Source: Desulfobacterales bacterium (GTDB taxonomy: Bacteria > Desulfobacterota > Desulfobacteria > Desulfobacterales > JAFDHS01). From it: a stretch of DNA of 59,778 nucleotides. The notes under the pieces were generated by a model, which saw nothing but the letters and a program-made list of their open reading frames with translations, made no database searches and was not told the origin of the DNA. This document shows, in pieces, positions 17,918-27,991 of this stretch (its first letter is position 1; every line of letters begins with the position of its first letter). Position numbers and translations under genes: made by a program. The stretch spans positions 1 through 59,778 of the forward strand of contig JAUUWG010000001.1 of NCBI GenBank assembly GCA_030589165.1. Direction: 5' to 3'.

Positions 17918-20596
17918 TTATCTTTTTTTCTTGCCGTATAAAAAAATCCGGGCCTCATGGGAGAGTTGGGGAAATTTTTTGGGATCAATTAATTTACTCA
18001 ACATGTCTAATTCAAGACGTGATTCCGGATTGGATCTGATCAGTTGCCTTATACTTTTTATGACATAGTCAGGTGCACCGCGAAAACCTGAACCATCGAC
18101 AAACGATTCAAGTCCTTCAACCCATTTTTCTAAAATACCCTCTTCAACCCCCGTATCCATCAAATCCGGATCGGATCTTAAAATGTCCAGCATTTCAAAA
18201 AAAGTTTCCAGCCCTTCTCCAAGACTTTCGACAGGAAATATATCGTCATCATAGTCTTCATAGTCGTCGTCAAACAGATCATCATCGAAATATCCGCCGC
18301 CAAACATATCAAAGTCAAATCTTTCAAGTGCATCTTTCAAAGGGCCTGCCGCATGTTTTGACAGCCTTCTTGATATCGTTCTGAGCTCTTCCTTCACGGG
18401 ACCTTCAGTCTGATCGATGAGATCGTTAAACAGGTCAAAATCAATGATTTCTCCTGTTATATGTCGTATGGCAACAAGATAGAAGTTCAAGACCAGACGT
18501 TGATTTGATGTTGCTTTTTTTATTCTGCGTTGAATCTCTTTCTTTATCACATTAAACGAATCCGGCGCAAAGATAAGATCAAAAAGAGGTATAATCTCTG
18601 AATCATTAAAGTTCTTGAGAATATTCGTACTGTTTTTGAAAAAAACCGGGGCGATTTCTCTGGAAGGCAAAATCGACAAATATTCTTTCTCCAGGGGCAT
18701 AAGGAGTTTCATAATGTCGGATGATGAGAATTCTTTTGCCTTTTTTAATCTGTTGTTAAAAATCTTTTCGATACTTTTTAAAATGTTTTTTTTTGAATCC
18801 ATATCCCGCGTTTTTATGTCCAGGATAAGAAAAGCCAGTATTCTCAGTTGCCGGGTCGGGGAAAGATCTCTAAGTTCATCTTCTATAAGTTTTTTGGCAT
18901 CTTTTTTATGGGTAAGAAGTTGAAATAAAATCAGTTTTTCGATGATAAAAGGAGCAACTTTTTTACTGCCGATTTTTTCAGCTTTTTCAATATCTCGTAT
19001 TACCAGATGGGGGTTGCCACGATTAATATTCTTATCCCCGGATATCAGCAGAGAAAGCTCATGCCGGTCAATGACCCTGTTGTCATGGGGTGCCCGCTTC
19101 ATAGCTTCCGCAAGAATATTTTCCGCTTTCCGGAAGGCATTTTTTTCATAATACAGGGATGCAAGTTCAAGGCAGGGATATGGATCATCCGGAAAGTATT
19201 CGGCCATGGAAGAAAGGATCGTTTCAACTTTATTTTTAGCGGGCCGTGAGAGCCGGGGCAGTGCTGCAAGGAGTTCGTATCCCTTTTTGTTGTACGGATC
19301 GAGCCTGATGCTTTCCAGGGCCATATCGATCAACATTATTTCATTATCGTCAGACGTTATCCCCATAAGCTTCTTGTATCGTTGAAATCCCATACCGTGG
19401 CTGTAACGTTTCAGATTTGTACGTTTCTCATACACATTTTCCACGGCATATTCCAGGATTATGGAACGTGCCATATCTCTTTGCTTTGAATCGGAAAAGT
19501 CATTTTCTAAAACAGAGAGGTATTTCCCAACGGCTGAAAAAGGGTCCGTAAAATTCAAAAGTCGGGTCTTGGCTAACAGAATGGCGGCATGCTCCTTTGG
19601 TAAAAGATCTCTAACCATGGTTTGAAATTGATAATCCGAAATCATCTCCTGGTTCGCCATGTTCCAGATAATCTGAAGAATATGGGACCTTGCCGCCGTG
19701 GGGTCTTGGGGATAAACAGCCTCCGCAAGTCTGCAGATGGATGCTTTTGCCTGATCAAACTTTTTTTGCTCAAGTTCGTAAAGCAGGTCGGCGACATACT
19801 TTTCCTTATTTACGGGGCCGTCCCACAGGCATGAAAGCATGGGTATCGCTCCTGTTTTTTCCATATCTTCATCTTTATCAACCCTGATTTGTTTCAGGCT
19901 TTCCATCACGGGTTTAAGGGGAAAATCATCCGGAATCATTGAAAGTGCTCTTAACATATCCTTGTCGTCTTCCCTGTAGAAAGATACCATGGCCCGGCAA
20001 AACATACGAACATGCGCAAAACAAGAAGATCGGCCTATGGGTTTAAGGGCTTCAAGGGCTTCTTCCCAGTTTCCGCTGTTCATCAACAAAACCGCCTTTT
20101 GGGCTGGTATGGCATCACACCGCAGGGGCAGGGATTCATCAAGTTTATTTAACAATTCCCATTTCCCGCTTGTAAAAAGGCGGTTTGCAAGTAAACGTTC
20201 TGTTTTGGCTGACCGGTCGTTTGCCTGAATGTATTCGGCATATGCATCAAATGCCTCTTTGTTTGGACATGTAGATATATATGCTTCCATGTCGCCTTCA
20301 GAGACTTTTTTAAATTCAGGCATGTATTCGCGAGCCTGTTTCCTTACCGTATCGGCTTCAACGAGCATCCCCTTGTCTCGCAGTTGACTTTCCCGCATAA
20401 GATATGACCTGAAAAGAAAAGCATTTATTTCATCGGAGAAACTACCTCTTTTACCTGCAACCTTAAAAAAGGAGATGGCATCACGGGGTTTTCCTGCCTC
20501 AAGGTTCTCTTTCCCCTTTTCAACAAGCTGATCGAAATTCATATTTTGAAGTTTTTTTTGTGCTTCTTTTCGTTGCTTTTTCTTTTTTGGGGCCAT
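17918..20596 (-). CDS. large TPR-like / helical-repeat protein of unknown function (892 aa), first gene of the Hsp70 module
   Basis: Long clean ORF. The termini are basic (MAPKKKKQRK.., ..YGKKKR) and there is an acidic patch FDDDLFDDDYEDYDDDIF. Composition is helical and I recognise no catalytic motif. Confidence 0.7.
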   Translation of the reverse strand: MAPKKKKQRKEAQKKLQNMNFDQLVEKGKENLEAGKPRDAISFFKVAGKRGSFSDEINAFLFRSYLMRESQLRDKGMLVEADTVRKQAREYMPEFKKVSEGDMEAYISTCPNKEAFDAYAEYIQANDRSAKTERLLANRLFTSGKWELLNKLDESLPLRCDAIPAQKAVLLMNSGNWEEALEALKPIGRSSCFAHVRMFCRAMVSFYREDDKDMLRALSMIPDDFPLKPVMESLKQIRVDKDEDMEKTGAIPMLSCLWDGPVNKEKYVADLLYELEQKKFDQAKASICRLAEAVYPQDPTAARSHILQIIWNMANQEMISDYQFQTMVRDLLPKEHAAILLAKTRLLNFTDPFSAVGKYLSVLENDFSDSKQRDMARSIILEYAVENVYEKRTNLKRYSHGMGFQRYKKLMGITSDDNEIMLIDMALESIRLDPYNKKGYELLAALPRLSRPAKNKVETILSSMAEYFPDDPYPCLELASLYYEKNAFRKAENILAEAMKRAPHDNRVIDRHELSLLISGDKNINRGNPHLVIRDIEKAEKIGSKKVAPFIIEKLILFQLLTHKKDAKKLIEDELRDLSPTRQLRILAFLILDIKTRDMDSKKNILKSIEKIFNNRLKKAKEFSSSDIMKLLMPLEKEYLSILPSREIAPVFFKNSTNILKNFNDSEIIPLFDLIFAPDSFNVIKKEIQRRIKKATSNQRLVLNFYLVAIRHITGEIIDFDLFNDLIDQTEGPVKEELRTISRRLSKHAAGPLKDALERFDFDMFGGGYFDDDLFDDDYEDYDDDIFPVESLGEGLETFFEMLDILRSDPDLMDTGVEEGILEKWVEGLESFVDGSGFRGAPDYVIKSIRQLIRSNPESRLELDMLSKLIDPKKFPQLSHEARIFLYGKKKR

Positions 20597-20842
20597 ATTT
20601 TTTTCTCTTCTGTTTTATCATGATATGAACTTGTAAATAAATTGAACAATCAATATACTGCTTTGGTAATGGCGATGAGCTGATGATAAGATAAAATATA
20701 AATTTTATACTGTATTATCAAGATAATACTAACACATTTTTTAAAAAAATCAAAGAATTGTACAAAATATCCGCTTTTGGTATGCAGCAAAAAAAACAAT
20801 GGATTGATTTTATGTATTTCAAAAATTCAAGCACTAATTTCT

Positions 20843-23800
20843 ATGTCGAACGTTAAGCTTTTTACCGGTAACCGATTGGAAAATCTTTCCGAGGCGTTGG
20901 CCGAGGTTTTAGATAAACCCCTTGCATTTCCCCTGGATGAGGAGGTAATTGTTGTACGGAACAAGGCTATGGAGCAATGGGTATCAATGGAACTTGCCCG
21001 CCATCATGGTATCTGTGCAAACATCAGCTTTTACTCTCCCTATTCCTTTGTTAATGAAATTTTGCGCAAGGTATCCCCCCGGGGTGTTTCCGAAGGCCTT
21101 TCCTTTGATCCCGAGGTAATGACCTGGAAGATCATGAAGGTCCTTCCCACCTTAATTTCGGATAAGAGCTTTGAGAGAATAAGTATTTATCTGGGAAAAA
21201 ACAAAGATGGGAACAGGTGCTTCCAGCTTGCAGAGCGCATTGCCGAGACTTTTTGTCAATATCTTGTTTTTCGTCCTCAAATGATTTTCAGGTGGGAAGA
21301 AGGCAAAGACAACCACTGGCAGGCCAGGCTGTGGAGAGAACTGGTTAAAGGCAATGAAGGCAAGCACCAGGCTGGACTTTTCAAGGCTTTTATTGAAAAA
21401 AATGAAAAAAACCCGCTTCGATCCTCCATGAAGATAGAGGAGGACTTGCCTGAAAGAATTTCGGTTTTCGGTATATCTGCATTGCCGGGCTTTTATATGC
21501 GGGTTTTTGCCGCTATATCCGCCTTTACCCGGATAAATTTGTTTTTCATGTTCCCCTGCAGGGAATATAGGGGCGATTCTCTTTGGGACCAGGACAAAGT
21601 GCCCGGAACTGCAGAGAATAAAAAACAAAGCGGTTCTGAAAAATCTTTGCATCAGGATTATTCATACCTTGAGCCGGGAAACAGCCTGTTTGCATCTATG
21701 GGTACCCAGGGCGGAGAATTTTTTGATCTGGTCAATGGGTTTGACTGGGATCGAATCGAAATTTTCAATGATTCTGACCGGAAAACTCTGCTTGAATGTA
21801 TTCAATCCGATATTCTGAATCTCACGGAGAGCTGCCGGCGATCAAACGGTAAAACGATTGTTGAAAAGAACGACGTCTCAATACAGGTACACTCATGCCA
21901 TGGTCCCATGCGGGAGATCGAGGTCCTGCAGGATAGACTTCTTGCAATGTTTGAAAATAATCCTGACTTGAAGCCGGGAGATATCCTGGTTATGACGCCG
22001 GATATTGAAACCTATGCTCCCTACATTCAATCCGTCTTTGATCTGCCTTTTTCCGATTCAAGACGGATTCCTTTCTGTATTGCGGATCCAAGTGCCCAGG
22101 CGGAACACCGTATTATTGACAACTTTTTTGCTCTTTTGGATTTTGCGGGAGGCCGGTTTGAAGTATCCGGGGTATTATCTCTTCTTGAATCACGGCATAT
22201 ACGGGAAAAGTTCGGTTTATCTGAAAAAGATTTTGAGCTTATCGAAAAATGGGTCAGTGAAACGCGGATCAGATGGGGAATCGATGGACAAAGCCGCAGG
22301 AATTTTGGGCTGCCGGGTATTGAGGAGAATACTTGGAAAGCGGGTTTCTCAAGGCTTTTGCTGGGTTATGCTATGCCCGGACGGCAAAAACATATGTTTT
22401 CCGGCATACTCCCTTATGATGATATGGAGGGGGACGAAGCCGAAGTGCTGGGAAAATTTGTTGAATTTGTAAATCAGATTTTTTCCTCTGCAAAATCTCT
22501 TGAACAAAAACAAATGCCGGGTGAATGGTCTGATATCCTGACGGGTCTTCTTGAAAATTTTTTTGAATCGGATGAGAATACGACCAATGAAAATACAAGC
22601 CGGGAAATAGGCTTAATCCGCCGCACGTTAAGCAGTTTGCGCAACATATCCGATTTGTCGGGTTTTGATGAAAAGATTGATTTGAATCTTATCAAAAATT
22701 ATTTGAGACAAAAGTTTGAAAAACAAGGATTCGGTTTTGGTTTTATTCCCGGCAGCGTGACATTTTGCGCAATGTCGTCCATGGGGGGTATTCCCTTTAA
22801 GGTTATCTGCCTTGTCGGTATGGATAGTGGTGCTTATCCGGGGGAGTCAAAACCCCACGGTTTTGATCTTATGGCGATGAATCCCGAACCGGGTGATCCT
22901 TCCCGCCGGAATGACGACCGTTATGTTTTTCTTGAGACCCTTTTGTCAGCCATGCAGAAACTTTATATCAGTTACATAGGGCAGAGCATTCGGGACAACA
23001 GTGTTATCCCTCCTTCCGTGCTGGTTGGTGAAATCATGGATTACATTGAAGAGAATTTTGAGATTCCCGGCATCAATATTCGCCGACACATGGTTACAAA
23101 ACACCGTCTTCAGGCGTTCAGTCCGGTGTACTTTAAGGGCAGTGCAGGGCCGGGTAATTCAGGCAATGATCCGGATAGGGATGAAAAGCTTTTCAGCTAT
23201 TGCCTGGAAAACTTTCAGACGGCCCGGAGCATTGGTCATGACCGGGAGCATCAGGTGCCTTTTGTCGCCGGTGGTCTTAAGGAACCTGAAGATGAATTCA
23301 AAAGGGTTGATCTGGTGGAACTTTGCCGTTTTTTCAGCAATCCGGCAAAGTTTTTGATTAATAAGCGTCTTGGATTTTCTCTTGAACAAGGGACTTTGAT
23401 TCCTGAAGAAAGAGAGGCATTTGAAATAAAAGGACTTGAGAAGTATGTGCTTGAACAGATGCTTATGGAGAAAAGACTTGAAGGAGAGAGTTTAAAAGAA
23501 TTTCAAGCCTCAGCAATAGCTGCAGGCCGGCTTCCCCATGGAACCATGGGGGAATGCGTGTTTGATCGTCTGGCATGGGGGGTTGATCGGTTTGCCCATT
23601 GGATAAAAGGGTATAGGCATGGGAACCCCTTGGAGCCTGTTGAGGTGGACCTTGATTTGTCGGGTTTCAGGTTGACCGGCAGAATAAATCCCGTTTATCC
23701 TGAGAGATTAATCCATTACCGGTATGCAAAGGTAAAAGCAAAAGATATTCTCAGGATATGGATTCATCACCTGGTGCTGAACTGCATGGATACAAAAAAC

Positions 23801-24220
23801 CTTAAAACAGGCGACTACCCTGAAACCAGCCTGCTTGCGGGCCTTAAGCCAGACGGCCGGGGTGAACCCGTCTTTGCCGCCTGGGAATATCCGCCTGTAA
23901 AAGAGAGCAGACAGATCCTTGAAAATCTGCTTGAAAAATACCGCCGGGGACTGGTAAGGCCCCTTTCATTCTTTCCGGAATCCTCCATGAAATACGCCCG
24001 GCTGGTCATTGAAAAAAACAAGCCCGCCCAAGAGGCTCTTCGAGGTGCTGAAAAAATCTGGAAGGGAAATGATCACCAGCAGGGAGAATGCAGCGACTTG
24101 TATTATCAGCGTTGCTTCGGCAATACGGAGCCGTTGGATTCAAATTTTGAAAAAATTGCCATTGAGATTTTCAGCCCCATATTAAGGAATCAGAAGGAGC
24201 TGGATAAACCGGGAAAGTGA
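20843..24220 (+). CDS. recC: exodeoxyribonuclease V gamma subunit
   Basis: About 1126 aa of RecC-like sequence (LFTGNRLENL.., HSCHGPMREIEVL, RRNDDRYVFLE). The start was moved to the ATG at 20843. The stop codon lies inside a repeat element. Confidence 0.9.
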   Translation: MSNVKLFTGNRLENLSEALAEVLDKPLAFPLDEEVIVVRNKAMEQWVSMELARHHGICANISFYSPYSFVNEILRKVSPRGVSEGLSFDPEVMTWKIMKVLPTLISDKSFERISIYLGKNKDGNRCFQLAERIAETFCQYLVFRPQMIFRWEEGKDNHWQARLWRELVKGNEGKHQAGLFKAFIEKNEKNPLRSSMKIEEDLPERISVFGISALPGFYMRVFAAISAFTRINLFFMFPCREYRGDSLWDQDKVPGTAENKKQSGSEKSLHQDYSYLEPGNSLFASMGTQGGEFFDLVNGFDWDRIEIFNDSDRKTLLECIQSDILNLTESCRRSNGKTIVEKNDVSIQVHSCHGPMREIEVLQDRLLAMFENNPDLKPGDILVMTPDIETYAPYIQSVFDLPFSDSRRIPFCIADPSAQAEHRIIDNFFALLDFAGGRFEVSGVLSLLESRHIREKFGLSEKDFELIEKWVSETRIRWGIDGQSRRNFGLPGIEENTWKAGFSRLLLGYAMPGRQKHMFSGILPYDDMEGDEAEVLGKFVEFVNQIFSSAKSLEQKQMPGEWSDILTGLLENFFESDENTTNENTSREIGLIRRTLSSLRNISDLSGFDEKIDLNLIKNYLRQKFEKQGFGFGFIPGSVTFCAMSSMGGIPFKVICLVGMDSGAYPGESKPHGFDLMAMNPEPGDPSRRNDDRYVFLETLLSAMQKLYISYIGQSIRDNSVIPPSVLVGEIMDYIEENFEIPGINIRRHMVTKHRLQAFSPVYFKGSAGPGNSGNDPDRDEKLFSYCLENFQTARSIGHDREHQVPFVAGGLKEPEDEFKRVDLVELCRFFSNPAKFLINKRLGFSLEQGTLIPEEREAFEIKGLEKYVLEQMLMEKRLEGESLKEFQASAIAAGRLPHGTMGECVFDRLAWGVDRFAHWIKGYRHGNPLEPVEVDLDLSGFRLTGRINPVYPERLIHYRYAKVKAKDILRIWIHHLVLNCMDTKNLKTGDYPETSLLAGLKPDGRGEPVFAAWEYPPVKESRQILENLLEKYRRGLVRPLSFFPESSMKYARLVIEKNKPAQEALRGAEKIWKGNDHQQGECSDLYYQRCFGNTEPLDSNFEKIAIEIFSPILRNQKELDKPGK

Positions 24221-24351
24221 GCTAAAGTGAGCTAAAATTTGAAGTGAGCTAAAGTTAATGAGTCGCTTCGCTCCGTTTTTTTATATATAAAATTGATCCA
24301 ATTCCTCGACTTTAGGCACTTTAGATCACTTTAGTCACTTCACACTTTTTT
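24202..24351 (-). repeat. CACTTTAG-array / GCGAAGC-core intergenic repeat, copy 6 (full, with GGATAAACCGG end)
   Basis: Structure is GGATAAACCGGGAAAGTGAGCTAAAGTGAGCTAAAATTTGAAGTGAGCTAAAGTTAATGAGTCGCTTCGCTCCG..AAATTGATCCAATTCCTCGACTTTAGGCACTTTAGATCACTTTAGTCACTTCACACTTTTTT. Confidence 0.9.
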
Positions 24352-24370
24352 AAGAAACTAACTATAAAAT

Positions 24371-27300
24371 ATGCCGGAAAATAATTTTGATCTTTTAAAC
24401 AGTCCTCTTGATGGCACGAACCTGATTGAAGCAAGTGCGGGCACGGGGAAGACATTCACCATTACCGGGCTTTTCCTCCGACTGCTTCTGGAAAAAGGTC
24501 TCTTGGTCGAGAATATACTTGTGGTCACTTTTACCGACGCTGCAACACAGGAGTTGAAAGAGAGAATCCGAACGCAGCTGCGGCAGGCAATTGAGGCATT
24601 TTCCAAAGGAGAGAGTGAAGATCTGTTCCTGAGCGGTCTTGTGAAGCGAGATGCTGATACAAAGCGTGCATTAAAATCCTTAAGGGATGCGGTCCGGTCT
24701 TTTGATCAGGCTGCGATATTTACCATACACGGATTTTGCAGGAGAATGCTTATTGAAAATGCCTTTGAAAGCGGATCGCTTTTTGACACCGAACTGATTA
24801 CCAACCAGGAGGATTTAATAAGAAAAATCGTTGATGATTTCTGGCGGAAACATTTTTACGAGCAGTCCGTCTTGTTTCTTAATTATGTTATGGCAAAGAA
24901 ATTAAGTCCGGAAAATTTTTCTTCTCTTTTAAGGGAAGCTTTTCAGCCGGATCTAAAGGTCATCCCGGAACTCGACCCCCCTGATTCGTCTGATACGTTA
25001 GAAAAAGATTTCAGGAAAGCTTACGAAGCGGTTTCAACGTCCTGGGAATTAAACCGGACGGATGTTGAAAACATTCTTATCAGCCATAAGGGATTGAATC
25101 GGACGAGGTACAAAAAAGCAAATATCCCGGTCTGGATCAGCCGCATGGACGACTATCTGGCATCCCAACATAACAACGTGGTATTGTTCAGCGGGTTTGA
25201 AAAATTTACTTCAAGTCTACTTCAAGGCTCCGTAAAGAAAAATCATACTGCCCCGGATCATCCGTTTTTTGATTGCTGTGAAGCGTTAAAAGAATCGAGT
25301 GAACGGCTGGTGAAGCTTTTTCAGGACCGCATCACGGCTTTAAAGAAAAAACTCTTTGTCTATGTGCAGAATGAGCTGGCAGTAAAAAAACAAGAGAAGA
25401 ATGTCCAGTATTTTGACGATCTTTTACTCAAACTCCATACGGCATTGAATAATAAGTGCGGAGAAAGGCTTGCCGATGAGATAAGAAAGAGATTCAAGGC
25501 TGCCCTGATAGACGAATTCCAGGATACCGATCCGGTTCAATATGCCATATTCAATACGGTTTTCGCCAGGGCAGACAACAGCATCCTGTTTCTGATCGGT
25601 GATCCGAAACAGGCCATATACGGGTTCAGAGGCGCTGATATCTTTGCCTACATGGATGCGGCAAAGCATGTGACATCAAGATACACCCTGAAGACGAACT
25701 GGCGTTCCGATCCACGGCTCGTTGAGGCCATAAACACCCTGTTTGAAAACGCGGATACCCCCTTTGTTTATCGTGAAATTCCGTTTTATCCGGCTCTGGG
25801 GACACAAAGGGAAGGGTTTGAATCTTTAAGGATAAACGGAAAAGAGGAGCTGCCGTTGCAACTGTGGTATCTTGATGCCGGTAAAATTACGGGGCAGGGG
25901 AAACCTCTCTCCAAAAGCGTGGCAAGGGACCGGATTGTCATGGCTGTTTTAGCTCAGATTTCCAGGCTTTTAAATCTTGGGGTTCAGGGCAAGGCGTCTC
26001 TTGGGGACAGACCGTTGAAACAGGGAGATATCGCCGTCCTGGTGAGGAGAAACGCTGAGGCGGACAAGATTCGGAAAGCCTTGACGGATTTAAATATTAA
26101 CAGTGTCGTTTACAGTACGGAAAACATTTTTGATTCTCTGGAAGCCCTTGAGATGGAAATCCTCCTTTCCGGTATTTTAAATCCCGGTAATGAGGCACGC
26201 CTTAAGGCCGTTCTTGCAACGGACATGATGGGGCTTTCAGGAGAAGATCTGGAAAGTCTGACGGAGGATGAAATTGCATGGGAAGAATGGCTGGTTAAAT
26301 TTAAGGAATATCATGACGTGTGGAGTGGACACGGCTTTATAAGGATGTTCAAGCATTTAATACAAAATGAAAAGATTCTGGGTCGTCTGATGGCTTTTTC
26401 CGATGGGGAGAGACGGAGTACCAACCTTTTGCATCTTTCGGAAATTCTTCATCAGACCGGCATTGAAAAAAAAATGGGCATGCCGGATCTTTTAAAGTGG
26501 CTCTCCCGGCAACGAGATCCTGGTTCGCCGCGGCTTGAGGAACACCAGCTTCGTCTTGAAAGTGACGAGGATGCCGTGAAAATCGTAACCATGCACAAAA
26601 GCAAGGGGATGGAGTATCCTGTTGTATTTTGTCCCTTCACATGGAGCAGCTCAAGGATAACAGGGAGAAAAGACCATTTTACATTCCACGATGAACACGA
26701 AAACATGAGGCTGACCCTTGATATCGGTTCTGACAATATGGACAAAAACATCAGCTTTGCCGAAAGGGAATTGCTGGCGGAGAACCTGCGTCTGATGTAT
26801 GTTGCTTTAACACGGGCAAAAAACAGATGTTATCTGGTCTGGGGTCGTTTTAACGAGGCTGAGTCCTCTGCCCCGGCGTACCTTTTTCATCAGGCTCAAT
26901 CAGAAGATGCGGAAGATAGGGTCGGCTCTACATGTCAAAGGTTTAAAACCTTAAGCGACCAGGATCTGCTAAAGGAATTGAATTTTATCAAAGACAAGTC
27001 CCATGGGAGCATAATCGTCTCTGAATTGCCTGAAGATCAGGGAGAAAAATATCTGCAGCCCTGGGAGAATACCGGAGAATTGATCTGCCGTGAATTTTCC
27101 GGAAAAATAGATCAAACCTTTCGTATTTCAAGCTTTTCGTCCCTGGTCTCCAGACGACCTCAGCTATATGAACCGACGGATTATGACGAAAAACTCCAAA
27201 TCAACGGTTCTGATCGTGATGCATTTGAAATTCCTTCCGGCAGGGAGGAACTCGAAGGTATTTTCTCTTTTCCAAGAGGGGCAAGGGCAGGAACTTTTAT

Positions 27301-27991
27301 GCACGATATATTTGAACATCTTGACTTTACCCAAAAAGATACCCCCCTTATGGAAAATCTGGTGGCTGCTAAACTTGAGGAACACGGCTTTGAGGCTTCG
27401 TGGAAGGGAATTGTTTGTGACATGATCCAAAATGTACTCTCGGTTTCCCTTGAACCGGACAACAAGGGGTTTACCCTGTCCTGTGTCCGGAGTAATGAGC
27501 GGTTAAATGAAATGGAGTTTTATTTCCCTTTAAAATTGATCACACCCAAAAAGCTGAAAAACATATTCGCAAAATACGCAGGATTCAATCTGTCAAAAGT
27601 TTTTCCTGATCGTATTGAAAAGCTTGACTTTGAACCTGTCAAAGGGTTTATGAGAGGATTTGTGGATCTGATTTTCAAGTTTGCCGACAGGTTTTATATT
27701 GTGGACTGGAAATCTAATTTTCTCGGGGGCAGGGGAGCCGATTATAACCAAAACGCCATGAACAAAGCCATGGCGGATGAATTTTATATCCTGCAGTATC
27801 ACATATATGCCGCCGCTCTGAACAGATATCTCCACAAGCGTCTGCCCGGCTACACCTATGAAAAACATTTCGGGGGGGTGTATTACATATTTTTGCGGGG
27901 AGTGGATTCGGACAAAGGCCCGGATTACGGCATCTACAGGGCCAGACCCCCGGTCGGATTAATAAATGAGTTATGTGAAGGGCTGATTTAG
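24371..27991 (+). CDS. recB: exodeoxyribonuclease V beta subunit (helicase-nuclease)
   Basis: 1206 aa. SF1 helicase motifs are ASAGTGKTFT, IDEFQDTD, TMHKSKGMEYP and VALTRAK. The C-terminal PD-(D/E)xK nuclease has GFVDLIF..YIVDWKSN. Confidence 0.93.
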   Translation: MPENNFDLLNSPLDGTNLIEASAGTGKTFTITGLFLRLLLEKGLLVENILVVTFTDAATQELKERIRTQLRQAIEAFSKGESEDLFLSGLVKRDADTKRALKSLRDAVRSFDQAAIFTIHGFCRRMLIENAFESGSLFDTELITNQEDLIRKIVDDFWRKHFYEQSVLFLNYVMAKKLSPENFSSLLREAFQPDLKVIPELDPPDSSDTLEKDFRKAYEAVSTSWELNRTDVENILISHKGLNRTRYKKANIPVWISRMDDYLASQHNNVVLFSGFEKFTSSLLQGSVKKNHTAPDHPFFDCCEALKESSERLVKLFQDRITALKKKLFVYVQNELAVKKQEKNVQYFDDLLLKLHTALNNKCGERLADEIRKRFKAALIDEFQDTDPVQYAIFNTVFARADNSILFLIGDPKQAIYGFRGADIFAYMDAAKHVTSRYTLKTNWRSDPRLVEAINTLFENADTPFVYREIPFYPALGTQREGFESLRINGKEELPLQLWYLDAGKITGQGKPLSKSVARDRIVMAVLAQISRLLNLGVQGKASLGDRPLKQGDIAVLVRRNAEADKIRKALTDLNINSVVYSTENIFDSLEALEMEILLSGILNPGNEARLKAVLATDMMGLSGEDLESLTEDEIAWEEWLVKFKEYHDVWSGHGFIRMFKHLIQNEKILGRLMAFSDGERRSTNLLHLSEILHQTGIEKKMGMPDLLKWLSRQRDPGSPRLEEHQLRLESDEDAVKIVTMHKSKGMEYPVVFCPFTWSSSRITGRKDHFTFHDEHENMRLTLDIGSDNMDKNISFAERELLAENLRLMYVALTRAKNRCYLVWGRFNEAESSAPAYLFHQAQSEDAEDRVGSTCQRFKTLSDQDLLKELNFIKDKSHGSIIVSELPEDQGEKYLQPWENTGELICREFSGKIDQTFRISSFSSLVSRRPQLYEPTDYDEKLQINGSDRDAFEIPSGREELEGIFSFPRGARAGTFMHDIFEHLDFTQKDTPLMENLVAAKLEEHGFEASWKGIVCDMIQNVLSVSLEPDNKGFTLSCVRSNERLNEMEFYFPLKLITPKKLKNIFAKYAGFNLSKVFPDRIEKLDFEPVKGFMRGFVDLIFKFADRFYIVDWKSNFLGGRGADYNQNAMNKAMADEFYILQYHIYAAALNRYLHKRLPGYTYEKHFGGVYYIFLRGVDSDKGPDYGIYRARPPVGLINELCEGLI

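Noticed and set aside
20777-20842. Longer track-predicted N-termini: recC from 20777, tadB from 42086, flp2 from 51691, GxxExxY from 53005, KamA-like from 6871.
   Set aside because: In each case an internal ATG has an RBS, aligns with the family N-terminus, or avoids a large overlap with the upstream gene.
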